From Patescibacteria group bacterium (GTDB lineage Bacteria; Patescibacteriota; Minisyncoccia; Ryanbacterales; GWA2-47-10b): DNA of 64,000 bases. Shown piece after piece: positions 39,367-49,213 of this stretch (position 1 is the first letter of the stretch; each line of letters opens with the position of its first letter). Location of the stretch: contig JBBTSE010000007.1 of assembly GCA_038064855.1 (NCBI GenBank), positions 18,079-82,078 on the forward strand, given 5' to 3'. Both the position numbers and the translations under genes were made by a program. The notes under the pieces were generated by a model, which saw only the letters and a list, made by a program, of their open reading frames with translations, was not told the DNA's origin and did not search any database.

Positions 39367-39498
39367 TCCTAAATCTTTGGCCCGCGCTTTCTTTGGGTTT
39401 TCCAAGGGAGGCGGGGCGAGAGATATCTCTGTGGTTATCATAGAGGCACTGATCGGCGCGGCGGTGCATAGGTTAAGAAGTCTCTCAACATACAGATT

Positions 39499-39993
39499 AT
39501 GGCAGAAGAAATTTGGAACCTTGATAGCTCGGAACCAGAGAAAAAAAAGGGCTGGTGGGAACGCAAGACGGGCGAGAAGCTCAAGACTCATGAAAAAATC
39601 TTAGGCATTATATTTCTTGTCGTCTTCCTCTTCGTATTTTATGTCACACTTGATGCCAACAAGTATCAGGCAGAAGTGCGCGTGATAGAAGGACAAGGAA
39701 GAGTCGGCGTAAACCCCACTACCGAAAAACTTGATTTTGGCGATCTCTCACAAGGTACGCGGTCAGCGCGCACGGTGACGATAAATAATTCAACACCGGT
39801 GCCGATGTTTGTCAGCGTATTGCGACTCGGATCAATCAGCGGTCTTATGACGCTTGAGAAAAATAATTTTATTCTTCGAAAAGGCCAAGAGCAACAGGTC
39901 GAGTTTACGGTCTATATGCCTGCTTCAGCGCCAGTCGGTACGAAATACACTGGTCGGGTATTCGTCTTTAAGATTCCCGCACCATTCTTTTAA
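39499..39993 (+). CDS. hypothetical single-TM protein with beta-rich ectodomain (accessory gene in the cluster)
   Basis: TM GIIFLVVFLFVFYV. Position immediately upstream of sipW. Confidence 0.5.
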   Translation: MAEEIWNLDSSEPEKKKGWWERKTGEKLKTHEKILGIIFLVVFLFVFYVTLDANKYQAEVRVIEGQGRVGVNPTTEKLDFGDLSQGTRSARTVTINNSTPVPMFVSVLRLGSISGLMTLEKNNFILRKGQEQQVEFTVYMPASAPVGTKYTGRVFVFKIPAPFF

Positions 39994-40002
39994 GTCCTGA
40001 TT

Positions 40003-40425
40003 ATGAAGCGCGCGCTCTTTTTTCTCCTCAATCTTGCCGTGTATGTTGCCATTGTGGCTGGCGTGCTCTTTGGGTTGCCGCGATTTCTCTCGTGGTATCT
40101 GCATACGCCGTATCCTATGGCCGCGATTACCTCGGGCTCGATGTGGCCGGTACTCCACACGGGAGATTTGGTCTTTATCGAAGGCGTAGGCAAGGGTGAT
40201 CTACGCATCGGTGACATTGTGGTATGGAAAAACCCGAGTGGGTTTACCATCCACCGTGTGGTGAGATTGGGAGAGAACACGCTGGTGACGAAGGGCGACG
40301 CAAACTTTACGGAAGACGACCCCGTAAAGTATGAAGATGTAGTAGGTCGCACACATCAGGTATGGGGCAAGAATGCTCGAATCCCGTACCTCGGGCACAT
40401 TACTATGTATGCATCTCAACGCTAA
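40003..40425 (+). CDS. sipW: SipW-type (archaeal/ER-type) S26 signal peptidase
   Basis: AITSGSMWPVLHTGDLVFIE...GDIVVW...IHRVV. Ser and His catalytic residues present. Confidence 0.8.
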   Translation: MKRALFFLLNLAVYVAIVAGVLFGLPRFLSWYLHTPYPMAAITSGSMWPVLHTGDLVFIEGVGKGDLRIGDIVVWKNPSGFTIHRVVRLGENTLVTKGDANFTEDDPVKYEDVVGRTHQVWGKNARIPYLGHITMYASQR

Positions 40426-40428
40426 GCT

Positions 40429-42933
40429 ATGCCAAAGCGCATCGTGATTATGTCAGACATAAAAAAAATCAAACCTCGGGGCTCAAAGATTGAAATCTTT
40501 GAGCGTAATTCACGTGGCGCGTTTCGCGTTTTTCTTACTATTCAGAAACAACTTCTCGCGGGCTTCTTGGCGGTCACCTTAGTGTTGGCAAACGCGCACG
40601 CGTTCGTGGCATTTGAGGCGCATGTCGTTGATGTAAAGGCCGAGGTGGCACGCATCGATCCACCTGTCGTCACGCCTGCCGGTGGCGAGTACATCGAACC
40701 CGTTGATATCATCATTGACGATAGTGACACTGACGCGACGCATATTTTTTATACACTCACTTTCACTGCAGATCCGTTCGGTGCACCTGACCCCGTATGC
40801 GGAGATACCTTTGGTGGGCCAAAGCCGCAAGGCCCTTTGCAGGTCACACAAGACACCGTCATCAAAGCGATTGCGTGTGATGGCGCGGGCAGTGACGCGC
40901 ATGGTAGTTTTGTAACGACAGAAATATATACATTCCCACATACCGCGGGTATGGTGCAGGGCTTTAAGTATCACGATGTTGATCGATCGGGCACGCTCAC
41001 ACCCGGTGATTTTCCAATAGCTGGTTGGCAGATTCAAATCGCCACTTCAACTTTTGCGACCTCAACGGTGACTAACGCGCAGGGATATTATTCATTTGCT
41101 GGTCTCGCACCCGATATTTATACGCTCGAAGAAGAGTCGCGCGACGGATGGGATTATATTAGCCCCAAGACAGTCAATGTGGTGATTTCAGGTACCGAGA
41201 CTGAAGCGGTAGATTTTTTCAATGCTGAGAGCGCCTTTATGTGCAGCCCAAAGACAATCAACTGGACATCAGGACTCGCGGTACAAGCGGCAGGCGCGAT
41301 CTCCGAGAACAATGATGATATCGCTCTCGCGTCCAATGTCACTATCAACGGTGATGCGCGTTCAAACGATGATATCGAACGCACCACGGGCGCGTCTAAT
41401 GTGGCTATCAACGGTAGTGCTACCTCGACTGATCAGGTTGATGACGGCATCAATGTGTCAGAAGATATTTTGGAAAATGCCAGCACCGCAAACCTGCCTG
41501 ATGTCATGATCAGCGAATGGAAAGCACGCGCGGCTGATGGTGGCGCTATCGCAGGGAGCTTTAACTTCCCGAACAATACCGTGGGTATTCAGATGGGTCC
41601 TACCGAAATCATGGGCAATGTGACCTTTGGTAGTGGTAATACGCTACTCGTCAAAGGCCCGATCTATATTCATGGCAATTTGAATATTGGGTCAAATACT
41701 GTTATCACACAAGACAATGGCTTTGGTAAAAAGTTCGTAGCAATTGTCGTTGATGGTACGGTTGATATCGGCTCCAATGTATCATTCAACGGTTCAATAG
41801 ATGGTGGCGCGTTTCTCTTAATCTCGATCAAGGGCGCAGTAGCGGGTGACGATGCGGCCATTGAGACAGCTTCAAATAATTCTGATCTTGGCAAAGTAGT
41901 ACTCTACGCATCAAATGGTGATATCCATGTACATTCAGATCGTACCATTTGGGCGGCATTTGCAGCTCATGGCACCGGCACTGACGCCGATGCTAACGCA
42001 GCGGTGCGTCTTGATTCCAATGTGACCGTCGATTATTCAGAGCTGCCATCTGAAATTTCCTGCGGACCGCGCCAACCATTTGAATCGACTTCGCATATTC
42101 TCATCAATGAATTTGTACCAAATCCATCAGGATCTGATCAGGGGACTGCAGGTGGCGCGCTCGATGGTGAGTGGGTAGAGCTCTTTAACCCAACCAACAG
42201 CTCAGTTGATGTGGCAAGCTGGTGGCTTTATGACGCGAGCAATGCAAATGAGCTCGAGATTAATGGCGTGCGCACCAATACGGGCGATACGATTATTCCT
42301 TCACATGGACGCCTTGTCGTGTATCGCGATGGTGATGGTGACTTTGAGCTCAACAACTCAACAGGTGATACGGTACGACTCTTTAGTGGTCCGGTAGGTA
42401 GCGGCGGTGTACTCGTCGATAGTCATACCTATACTGCAGTCGCTGGCGACAACAAATCTTTTGCACGCATTCCTGACGGCTCCTCAAACTGGATTGACCC
42501 CGAAGGTACGCCCGGCGAGGAAAATAATTTTTTCTTTACTCCTGACGCCTCTGTTCTTTTTAGTGATATCGCGGTGATATTCTTGTCTCGCGAAACCCTT
42601 GATCTGACACCTCCTGAGTTTTCTCCAGTCTCTGAACCCACGCCTGCGAGCGAGGCGGCAACGATCGCGCCCGAAGAAGAAAAGGCAAAGGTTGAAGAGC
42701 CTGCAGTAGCGATTGTGGAAGAAGCGCCCGTAAACAATGGCGACGACGGTACACCTCCTACTGAAAATACCGAAGTAACAGAGACGGCAGAAACTCCAGA
42801 AGTGTCCACGCCCCCAGCAGAGATTACTCCAGAAGAAACTCCCGCACCGTTAGTAGAGGCACCAGCACCAGAAGCGCCTGCTCCTGTAGCCGAATCGCCA
42901 GCGCCAGAAGTAAGCACGGGGGAGACACAATAA
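40429..42933 (+). CDS. SipW-cognate-signal secreted protein, paralog 4: N-domain + Cna-B-like domain + beta-helix + lamin-tail domain + PAPE-rich tail
   Basis: AFVAFEAHVVDVKAEVARI. Cna-B GWQIQIAT...AQGYYSFAGLAPDIYTLEE. LTD ILINEFVPNPSGSD...EWVELFNPTN...WWLYD. Tail PAPLVEAPAPEAPAPVAESPAPE. Confidence 0.7.
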   Translation: MPKRIVIMSDIKKIKPRGSKIEIFERNSRGAFRVFLTIQKQLLAGFLAVTLVLANAHAFVAFEAHVVDVKAEVARIDPPVVTPAGGEYIEPVDIIIDDSDTDATHIFYTLTFTADPFGAPDPVCGDTFGGPKPQGPLQVTQDTVIKAIACDGAGSDAHGSFVTTEIYTFPHTAGMVQGFKYHDVDRSGTLTPGDFPIAGWQIQIATSTFATSTVTNAQGYYSFAGLAPDIYTLEEESRDGWDYISPKTVNVVISGTETEAVDFFNAESAFMCSPKTINWTSGLAVQAAGAISENNDDIALASNVTINGDARSNDDIERTTGASNVAINGSATSTDQVDDGINVSEDILENASTANLPDVMISEWKARAADGGAIAGSFNFPNNTVGIQMGPTEIMGNVTFGSGNTLLVKGPIYIHGNLNIGSNTVITQDNGFGKKFVAIVVDGTVDIGSNVSFNGSIDGGAFLLISIKGAVAGDDAAIETASNNSDLGKVVLYASNGDIHVHSDRTIWAAFAAHGTGTDADANAAVRLDSNVTVDYSELPSEISCGPRQPFESTSHILINEFVPNPSGSDQGTAGGALDGEWVELFNPTNSSVDVASWWLYDASNANELEINGVRTNTGDTIIPSHGRLVVYRDGDGDFELNNSTGDTVRLFSGPVGSGGVLVDSHTYTAVAGDNKSFARIPDGSSNWIDPEGTPGEENNFFFTPDASVLFSDIAVIFLSRETLDLTPPEFSPVSEPTPASEAATIAPEEEKAKVEEPAVAIVEEAPVNNGDDGTPPTENTEVTETAETPEVSTPPAEITPEETPAPLVEAPAPEAPAPVAESPAPEVSTGETQ

Positions 42934-42934
42934 T

Positions 42935-44887
42935 ATGAAAAAACTTTTACAGCCAAAAGTATTGGGCGCGCTCGGCGTGTTGATTATCGTCGGTGTACTG
43001 GTAAGCACTGTGCAGGTAGGCGCGCAGGTAGTCTCTATCGATGCGAATCTTTCGATCTCGCCAAATATTATTTCGTTTGAAACGGTATTTCCCGGCGAAG
43101 TACACTATAAGCCCTTGGTAGTAAATCTTTCAGACTCATTTTTGGGCGAGGATATTTTGGATGATGTAGAGTATCGCATTGTACAAAAACCAAAACCGCG
43201 CATCGATTCGCCCGAGGAGCGCGAGTATTGCAGCCATTTCCCCAATGACCTTACTCGTTGCTATCCGTCGCTTTGCCCGTATCTTTCAAAAACCGCTGAC
43301 AATACGCCAGCCAACGATACAAGCATTCCTGCGTATCATGACCCTGATGCGCCATCGAGCATTGCGTACGGGCGCCTTGCAAAATCTGACAACGATATCG
43401 AAGACAATTGGGTGATTGATCTGCATACGCCGTGTTTTCGTGGCCAGTGTGATCAGACCAACTCCGTGCCCGAACATTATCAGCTTGACCCATCAATGAA
43501 TGGTCAAGTATTTGGTTGCGATCTCGTGGTAGAAGTGTTGAGTATTAGTTACAACAAAAAGTGCCCGACCTGCGAGCTCGGTCCCGATGGTCAGCCTATT
43601 GTTATTGAGGTAGCAAATGACATCTCGATTGATTTCAATCAAAACCCACCTGCGTATATTGGTGACCCCGCGTTACAGCCATATTTTATGTATAGCAAAG
43701 CGAGTTCAACGCCCTCGGGGTGGAATGCCATCTTTGATACCGGCGGCAAATCAATACATTTTGGATCGGGCGTGACGCTGACCACTGTGCCGGTAGGCAC
43801 TGGCAATTCGAAATACGCGCCGGGTATTATGATCAAAACCAAGTGTGATCTTGTCGCTGACGCGAGTTCAGAGATTATCGTACATTCGACTAACCAAGAC
43901 GCAGGCGATATCGTCATCAACACGGGCCACAATGCCAAGATCAATGGTTTGATCCGCAATCAGCAAGGCGCGTCACTGAGGCGTCCTGGCAATATCACGG
44001 TTGCCGCGTGGTGCGGAGACATCACTCAAGGTAAAGACGGTTGGGTAGATGATTGGGGTAGGCATGCGGGTGCGCGCACTATCAATTTGCTCGCGTGTGA
44101 TGTAGGCAATATTGAAATCAACGGTTTAGTATTGGGTCGTGCATCTATCAATTCACCAAATCCAAAATCACAGCCAAAGATCAATGTCGCATCGTTTGCC
44201 GGATCCGTGGCAGTCAATGCCAATACTACGCAACCTCTCTATCCGCATTTCTCATACAGTGGTTCTACCAAGAGCATGTGGGGAGGACTCATCTCATGGA
44301 TCTCAGGACACTATAAACCCGGCGCAGTGCGCGTGCAGGCAGAAAAAGATATCACGGTGCGAGGTCATGGCAAAGGTACCTATGATAGCTTTGGTGCAAT
44401 ATCGGCAAAGGCGTTCTCGAGCGGTTCCAATGGCGGTCTTGTGGATGTACGATCTCTTTCGGGAAATATTTCAGGTAGCGATCGGGCGTTTGATGTAGAG
44501 GCGCGTAATGCCAACGATACTATTCCGTACGGCGCTATCAATCTCGCAAGCGGTAAAAATATTTTTCTCTCGCGCCTCGGTCTCAATGCTGACTTCGGCC
44601 CGACACTCGATGCGCGCTCAAGCGGTGGCGGCAGTCATGGCGGTTCCAACTTTATCCGTGCGTATCAGGGAGCCGTTACCAATGGCACCAACAGCGTTAT
44701 ATCTGCCGATGCAACCGGTACCAATAGTACTGATGGCACTAATAATCTGACTTCGTGTACAGGCGTTACCAACACCGGCACGATATTTCCAGCAGACGCC
44801 AATGGTGTTGATAATATAGGTGCGTGCGCGGACGCAGAACCCCAGCCAATGTGGCAAAGCTGTGCCGATTTCGGTCTTAACCCTTAA
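42935..44887 (+). CDS. secreted protein, paralog 5: related 6-Cys N-domain (no AFEAHV) + C-terminal parallel beta-helix
   Basis: RCYPSLCPYLSK, DNWVIDLHTPCFRGQCDQT, VFGCDLVVEV. Gly/Asn/Ser-rich repeats. Confidence 0.65.
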   Translation: MKKLLQPKVLGALGVLIIVGVLVSTVQVGAQVVSIDANLSISPNIISFETVFPGEVHYKPLVVNLSDSFLGEDILDDVEYRIVQKPKPRIDSPEEREYCSHFPNDLTRCYPSLCPYLSKTADNTPANDTSIPAYHDPDAPSSIAYGRLAKSDNDIEDNWVIDLHTPCFRGQCDQTNSVPEHYQLDPSMNGQVFGCDLVVEVLSISYNKKCPTCELGPDGQPIVIEVANDISIDFNQNPPAYIGDPALQPYFMYSKASSTPSGWNAIFDTGGKSIHFGSGVTLTTVPVGTGNSKYAPGIMIKTKCDLVADASSEIIVHSTNQDAGDIVINTGHNAKINGLIRNQQGASLRRPGNITVAAWCGDITQGKDGWVDDWGRHAGARTINLLACDVGNIEINGLVLGRASINSPNPKSQPKINVASFAGSVAVNANTTQPLYPHFSYSGSTKSMWGGLISWISGHYKPGAVRVQAEKDITVRGHGKGTYDSFGAISAKAFSSGSNGGLVDVRSLSGNISGSDRAFDVEARNANDTIPYGAINLASGKNIFLSRLGLNADFGPTLDARSSGGGSHGGSNFIRAYQGAVTNGTNSVISADATGTNSTDGTNNLTSCTGVTNTGTIFPADANGVDNIGACADAEPQPMWQSCADFGLNP

Positions 44888-44918
44888 TAATTCATAATTT
44901 TCAATACTCGGTAGGGTA

Positions 44919-44947
44919 TTGACAAACAAGTAAATATAGTGTACAAT
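44919..44947 (+). promoter_or_regulatory. sigma70 promoter TTGACA-N17-TACAAT for the SPFH gene
   Basis: Near-consensus elements about 95 nt upstream of the ATG. SD GAAGGAGGAG. Confidence 0.6.
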
Positions 44948-45042
44948 GCCTTTCAGTTGTAACTTGATTTTTCGTGTTCCAAAACCATAGATCCCAGTAA
45001 GTCCTAGCCAAAAGGCAGGCATGGGAAGAAGGAGGAGAAAAG

Positions 45043-46110
45043 ATGCAGACGAAGTTTGTGGTGTGGGCGTTCACGCTGTTCGCGACGCTCATCGGTGTGA
45101 ACTGGGCGTTCAGTCTCTTGAGCGCCAAGAGCGACATCCAAGTGTTGCTCGGGTTCGCGCTCATCGTGGTCATCGTGGCGCTCTGGCTGCCGCGCGGTCG
45201 CAAAGCGGCGGCCCGCGGGCTCGAGTATCTCAAGGAGTACTTGAGTGTCGCGCTCATCATCACGGCCGTCGGCATGATGGGCGGATGCACGCGCATCGAG
45301 CCCGGTCACGTGGGCATCGTGGTCAACCAGATGGGGTCGGAAAAGGGGGTGCAAGACTATACCGCCCAGACCGGCGTCATCTGGTACAATCCGGCCACGC
45401 AGGATGTCCTCGAGTACCCAACCTTCGTCCAGACCGCGGTCTGGACGCACAACACGCAGGAGGGTAGTCCGAACAACGAGGAGATCATCTTCTCGGACAA
45501 GGACGGCCTCGCCATCGCGATCGACCTTTCGATCTCGTGGTACCTCGACGCGGCCAAGGTCCCGTCGTTCTACGTGAAGTTCAGGTCGGACGATCTGGAG
45601 ACCTTCACGCACGGGTTCCTGCGGAATGTGGCGCGTGATCACTTCAATGATGTCGGCCCGCTCTATGGTGCCGAGCAGCACATGGGCGTCAAGCGCGAAG
45701 AGTTCATGCTCGCTGTCAGGAAGCGGGTCAATGACCAGCTCGCGCAGTACGGCGTGGTCATCGAGCAGTTCGGTGTGATCGGTGCGCCGCGTCCGCCCGA
45801 AGCCGTCACCACCGCGCTCAACGCGAAGGTGAAGGCGACGCAGGATGCGATCCGTGTCGAGAACGAGCTCCGGCAGGAAACGGCCGAGGCTCAAAAGGCG
45901 GTCGCCAAGGCAAACGGCACGGCGGCCGCGCGGCTCTTGAATGCCAAGGCGGAAGCCGAGGCAAACTTGCTCGTGGCGAAGTCGATTACGCCCGAGCTCA
46001 TCCAGTGGCGCGCCATCGAGAAGTGGAATGGCGCCCGCCCTATGGTGGAGGGGGTGGGGAGTGGGATGATCTTACAGATCCCACCACTGTCAGCTCCCGC
46101 CGCGAAGTAG
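45043..46110 (+). CDS. SPFH/band-7 (prohibitin/flotillin-like) domain membrane protein, GC-rich (>60%)
   Basis: Two N-terminal TMs then SPFH core. Strong SD. Confidence 0.75.
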   Translation: MQTKFVVWAFTLFATLIGVNWAFSLLSAKSDIQVLLGFALIVVIVALWLPRGRKAAARGLEYLKEYLSVALIITAVGMMGGCTRIEPGHVGIVVNQMGSEKGVQDYTAQTGVIWYNPATQDVLEYPTFVQTAVWTHNTQEGSPNNEEIIFSDKDGLAIAIDLSISWYLDAAKVPSFYVKFRSDDLETFTHGFLRNVARDHFNDVGPLYGAEQHMGVKREEFMLAVRKRVNDQLAQYGVVIEQFGVIGAPRPPEAVTTALNAKVKATQDAIRVENELRQETAEAQKAVAKANGTAAARLLNAKAEAEANLLVAKSITPELIQWRAIEKWNGARPMVEGVGSGMILQIPPLSAPAAK

Positions 46111-46144
46111 TCAGGCGGTACGGTAGGAACACACAAAGTAGTAA

Positions 46145-46198
46145 AGCCCTCGGTAAGAAATGCGCGCAGCGCAAATCTTGCCGAGGGCTGTTTTTTAT
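46145..46198. terminator. bidirectional terminator between convergent genes
   Basis: AGCCCTCGG...CCGAGGGCT followed by GTTTTTTATT. Confidence 0.7.
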
Positions 46199-47190
46199 TC
46201 AGCTTTTAGATATCGCTCAAAGGGTTTATCGAGCGCGTAGAGTTTATCGCGCGCTGCGCGGTCGCAAGCGGCACGGAGTGGCTCACCAAAATATTTACAT
46301 GCCTCTATCGCGCGTGCTTCGTGCGCGTCTGCTAGTTTTTCGATAACACCCTCAATACATACGATTTTGTCATCTAAATCTCCAGCGTTGCAGATGCTTG
46401 GCAAAAGATCGGGGTAGTTCTCGACGGTGCCCATATACATAAACCCAAGTCCGCGAAAACATCCGCGTCGCTGGAGGCCGGGGAGTGCGAGGCATTTTTC
46501 GGATGCTTCCCCAAAACTTTTCGTCTTGCCAATAAAGTGCCGCGCTTTGTAGGTCCAGCATACGGCTGTGTAGGGCGTGGTGTCGTCGCACACAAGGTCG
46601 TATTTATTCATATCAAACTCCATATAGGTGCCTCCCGCGCAGTAAAATTTGAGCGGCAGGGTAGGGAATGATTCGCAGAGCGGCAACGCGATGTCAGGGC
46701 GATAGTCAGCAAGATAGGTAAACGCATGTCCGATGCCATGGGCACAGTTGCCTGGCCGATGGTCTTGCGCGGTCGCACAAATATCGCTTACTTTGGCGGA
46801 GAGGTCCGCGAGCTTTATATGTTGGCCATCTTTGATGCCAGCGGCGTTGTCAGCGCCAAGTGCCGCCATGAGTACGCCATGAAAACATCCTTCGGTACAT
46901 GATTTACCACACTCGCGAAATGCTTCGCCTATATCTTTGGTATGCGCGTAGACCACTTTACCGAGTTCGTGTGTCTGCCCATGGCAAATACCTGAGGTAC
47001 TTTCGATAGCTGTTGCCATTTGATTTGCAGTGAGTTTGCCATAATACTTCTCAAAAAGGGCATGATGCTCACTCGGCGACGCATCACGAAACTCTTGGGT
47101 AAAAAACGCTAGTGTATTGGCGTACCAAAAAAAGGACGCAAGGGCGCCCAGAGTTGTGAGTATCATCGTACCAACAAGCAATCTCCGCAT
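46195..47190 (-). CDS. Cys/His-rich secreted protein with repeated C-x-H-G-x-G motifs
   Basis: N-terminal TM/signal. ICHGQTH, CFHGVLMA, CAHGIGHA, CFRGLGF repeats. About 19 Cys. Confidence 0.6.
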   Translation of the reverse strand: MRRLLVGTMILTTLGALASFFWYANTLAFFTQEFRDASPSEHHALFEKYYGKLTANQMATAIESTSGICHGQTHELGKVVYAHTKDIGEAFRECGKSCTEGCFHGVLMAALGADNAAGIKDGQHIKLADLSAKVSDICATAQDHRPGNCAHGIGHAFTYLADYRPDIALPLCESFPTLPLKFYCAGGTYMEFDMNKYDLVCDDTTPYTAVCWTYKARHFIGKTKSFGEASEKCLALPGLQRRGCFRGLGFMYMGTVENYPDLLPSICNAGDLDDKIVCIEGVIEKLADAHEARAIEACKYFGEPLRAACDRAARDKLYALDKPFERYLKAE

Positions 47191-47282
47191 GTCATTATCC
47201 GTAGCGTATTTTTGCCGGCACGGCAATCATGTGACTTTTTATCAACAAGGGGTTTTTGTTTGTACCTTGCTATACTAATGGC

Positions 47283-49208
47283 ATGGAAGAAAGCCAAAAG
47301 ACGCGCCTTCCGCTTCTTGTCCTTACCGTTATTTTGACAGCAGTGTTTGCCATCGGGCTCCGATGGGTGTTTTTCGCGTCTCCCTCGACCGATAGCGCCT
47401 TCTTCTATTTGTATGACTATGCGGTGGGTCTTACTATGATCTTTTTGCCGTGTACGCTGCCGCTCGCGTTTGTGGTGGTACCACTCGCGATGGGCAAAGG
47501 CTATATACGAGGTATTGGTATTGCGGCCGCTTTTGCCGCGGGCGTGACGCTCACACTCAGTTTTTACGGAGCGTTGTTAGGTGCCATCGGTCAGACATTT
47601 TTGGGCAGTGCTGAGACGGCAAAAAATTGGATGTATATGTTTGCGGGCGCCATGGGGCTTTTGTTTGCATTTCATGATATTGGTTTGCGTGGGTTCAAGA
47701 TGCCAACCTACAGTGGCGCGTTTCCTGACTTTATCCAAAAACAACAAGAATTTGTAAAAGCGTTTTTACTCGGACTCTTTTTGGGCAATGTGGGCGTGGG
47801 GTGCCCCAATCCGCTTTTCAATGGTGTCATAATCCCGCAGATTTTGGTGAGCGGCAGCGCGTTTCAGGGGTGGCTCATCATGGTAGTACAGGCGCTCGGG
47901 CGCGTGACGCCACTCTTTATACTGACTTTTTATGCAATTTTGGGCGTAAACGCCACCGGATTTTTGGTAAAACACCGCACCAAAGTCGAGAAATCAACTG
48001 GTTGGGCAATGATCTTTATCGCGGGTTTTCTCTTTACCCTCGGTACTTTTACTCATGATTGGTATGTCTATTCAGGCATTCATACATACCTAGAGAGCGT
48101 GACGCAAGAGGAGGCGATTACGACCATTTTAGGGTCAAATATAGGCAAACTCGGCCATGCGCATGAAGCTCCTCCCCCCGGTAATCTATGGATTGGGAGT
48201 TATATAATGGTGACTATTTGGCTTGTGCCGTTTGTCTGGCTTTGGTTACGCAAGCGCCGCGAGGCATATGCGGCACCTGAGGCGGAGCGAGATCATAAGA
48301 TACACGACTCGCGTACCTATCTCAGTTTTATCGTTTGGCTTGCAGTCGGTCTTTATACGCTTTTTGGATGGGTACTACCGCACAATTTCCAATTTCATAC
48401 GAAGCATATGGATATGGCGACAGTTTTCAATAGCAGTGTGAATACTGATCCTATCATGTCTAAGCCGGGCGAGATGACAAAGATATCAATTGCGCTCAAA
48501 GATGAAAAAGGTTTGCCCCTTCAAGATCTCAAAGAAGAGCACGAGCGTTTGATACATGTCATCATTGTCTCCGAAGATTTGAAGACCTTTATGCATGTTC
48601 ACCCTGATGATTTTGGACCAATCACCGACGAGATGCGCGCCAAGGGAGAGTTTCCGATATATGTTACATTCCCAAGGGCCGGTACCTATTCACTCGCGAC
48701 CGGATTTTCGCATAAAAATCACGAGGGCACCGTGCGCAATACTATAACTGTTGTAGGTGGCAAGCCAGAACCAGTAGCGATTGTAAAAAATATCATGCGC
48801 GAAGAAAAGTTCAAAGGATTCGCTGTCAGTCTCAAGACAAATCCAGATCAAATCCAGTCAGGCGTGCCCGCACACCTCGAATATACGATGACTGACGATA
48901 GCGGTAAGCCAGTGGGCGATATGGTCTCATATCTCGGCGCGCCCATGCATCTGGCTATTTGGAGCTATGACCTTGGCTATTTCCTCCATACACACGGTGA
49001 AGTACCGGGCTATGGTCACCAGGTGCCCGCAGATGCGTCATTTGGTCCTATGATCGATGCACATACCGCTTTCCCGTATCCGGGGCTTTATCGTGTATTT
49101 GCGCAGTTCTCGCGTGATGGCGATGTTTACACCACTACCTTTGATATCGCGGTTACCCAAGGACCCGAAGGTGCCACCATGATGGAGGCAGGTGCGCATA
49201 ACCACTAA
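47283..49208 (+). CDS. CcdA/DsbD-like thiol:disulfide transporter domain fused to tandem His-rich periplasmic domains
   Basis: FLPCTLPLAF and GVGCPNPLF mirror CcdA SPCCLPL / TPCVGPVL. C-terminal repeats LIHVIIVSED..FMHVHP and MHLAIWSYD..FLHTHG. Confidence 0.6.
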   Translation: MEESQKTRLPLLVLTVILTAVFAIGLRWVFFASPSTDSAFFYLYDYAVGLTMIFLPCTLPLAFVVVPLAMGKGYIRGIGIAAAFAAGVTLTLSFYGALLGAIGQTFLGSAETAKNWMYMFAGAMGLLFAFHDIGLRGFKMPTYSGAFPDFIQKQQEFVKAFLLGLFLGNVGVGCPNPLFNGVIIPQILVSGSAFQGWLIMVVQALGRVTPLFILTFYAILGVNATGFLVKHRTKVEKSTGWAMIFIAGFLFTLGTFTHDWYVYSGIHTYLESVTQEEAITTILGSNIGKLGHAHEAPPPGNLWIGSYIMVTIWLVPFVWLWLRKRREAYAAPEAERDHKIHDSRTYLSFIVWLAVGLYTLFGWVLPHNFQFHTKHMDMATVFNSSVNTDPIMSKPGEMTKISIALKDEKGLPLQDLKEEHERLIHVIIVSEDLKTFMHVHPDDFGPITDEMRAKGEFPIYVTFPRAGTYSLATGFSHKNHEGTVRNTITVVGGKPEPVAIVKNIMREEKFKGFAVSLKTNPDQIQSGVPAHLEYTMTDDSGKPVGDMVSYLGAPMHLAIWSYDLGYFLHTHGEVPGYGHQVPADASFGPMIDAHTAFPYPGLYRVFAQFSRDGDVYTTTFDIAVTQGPEGATMMEAGAHNH

Positions 49209-49213
49209 TTTTT

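Noticed and set aside
45004-45894. 296-aa minus-strand ORF and 45021..45467 + ORF
   Set aside because: Arg/Asp-rich shadows of the GC-rich SPFH gene. The SPFH frame has a promoter, an SD and domain homology.
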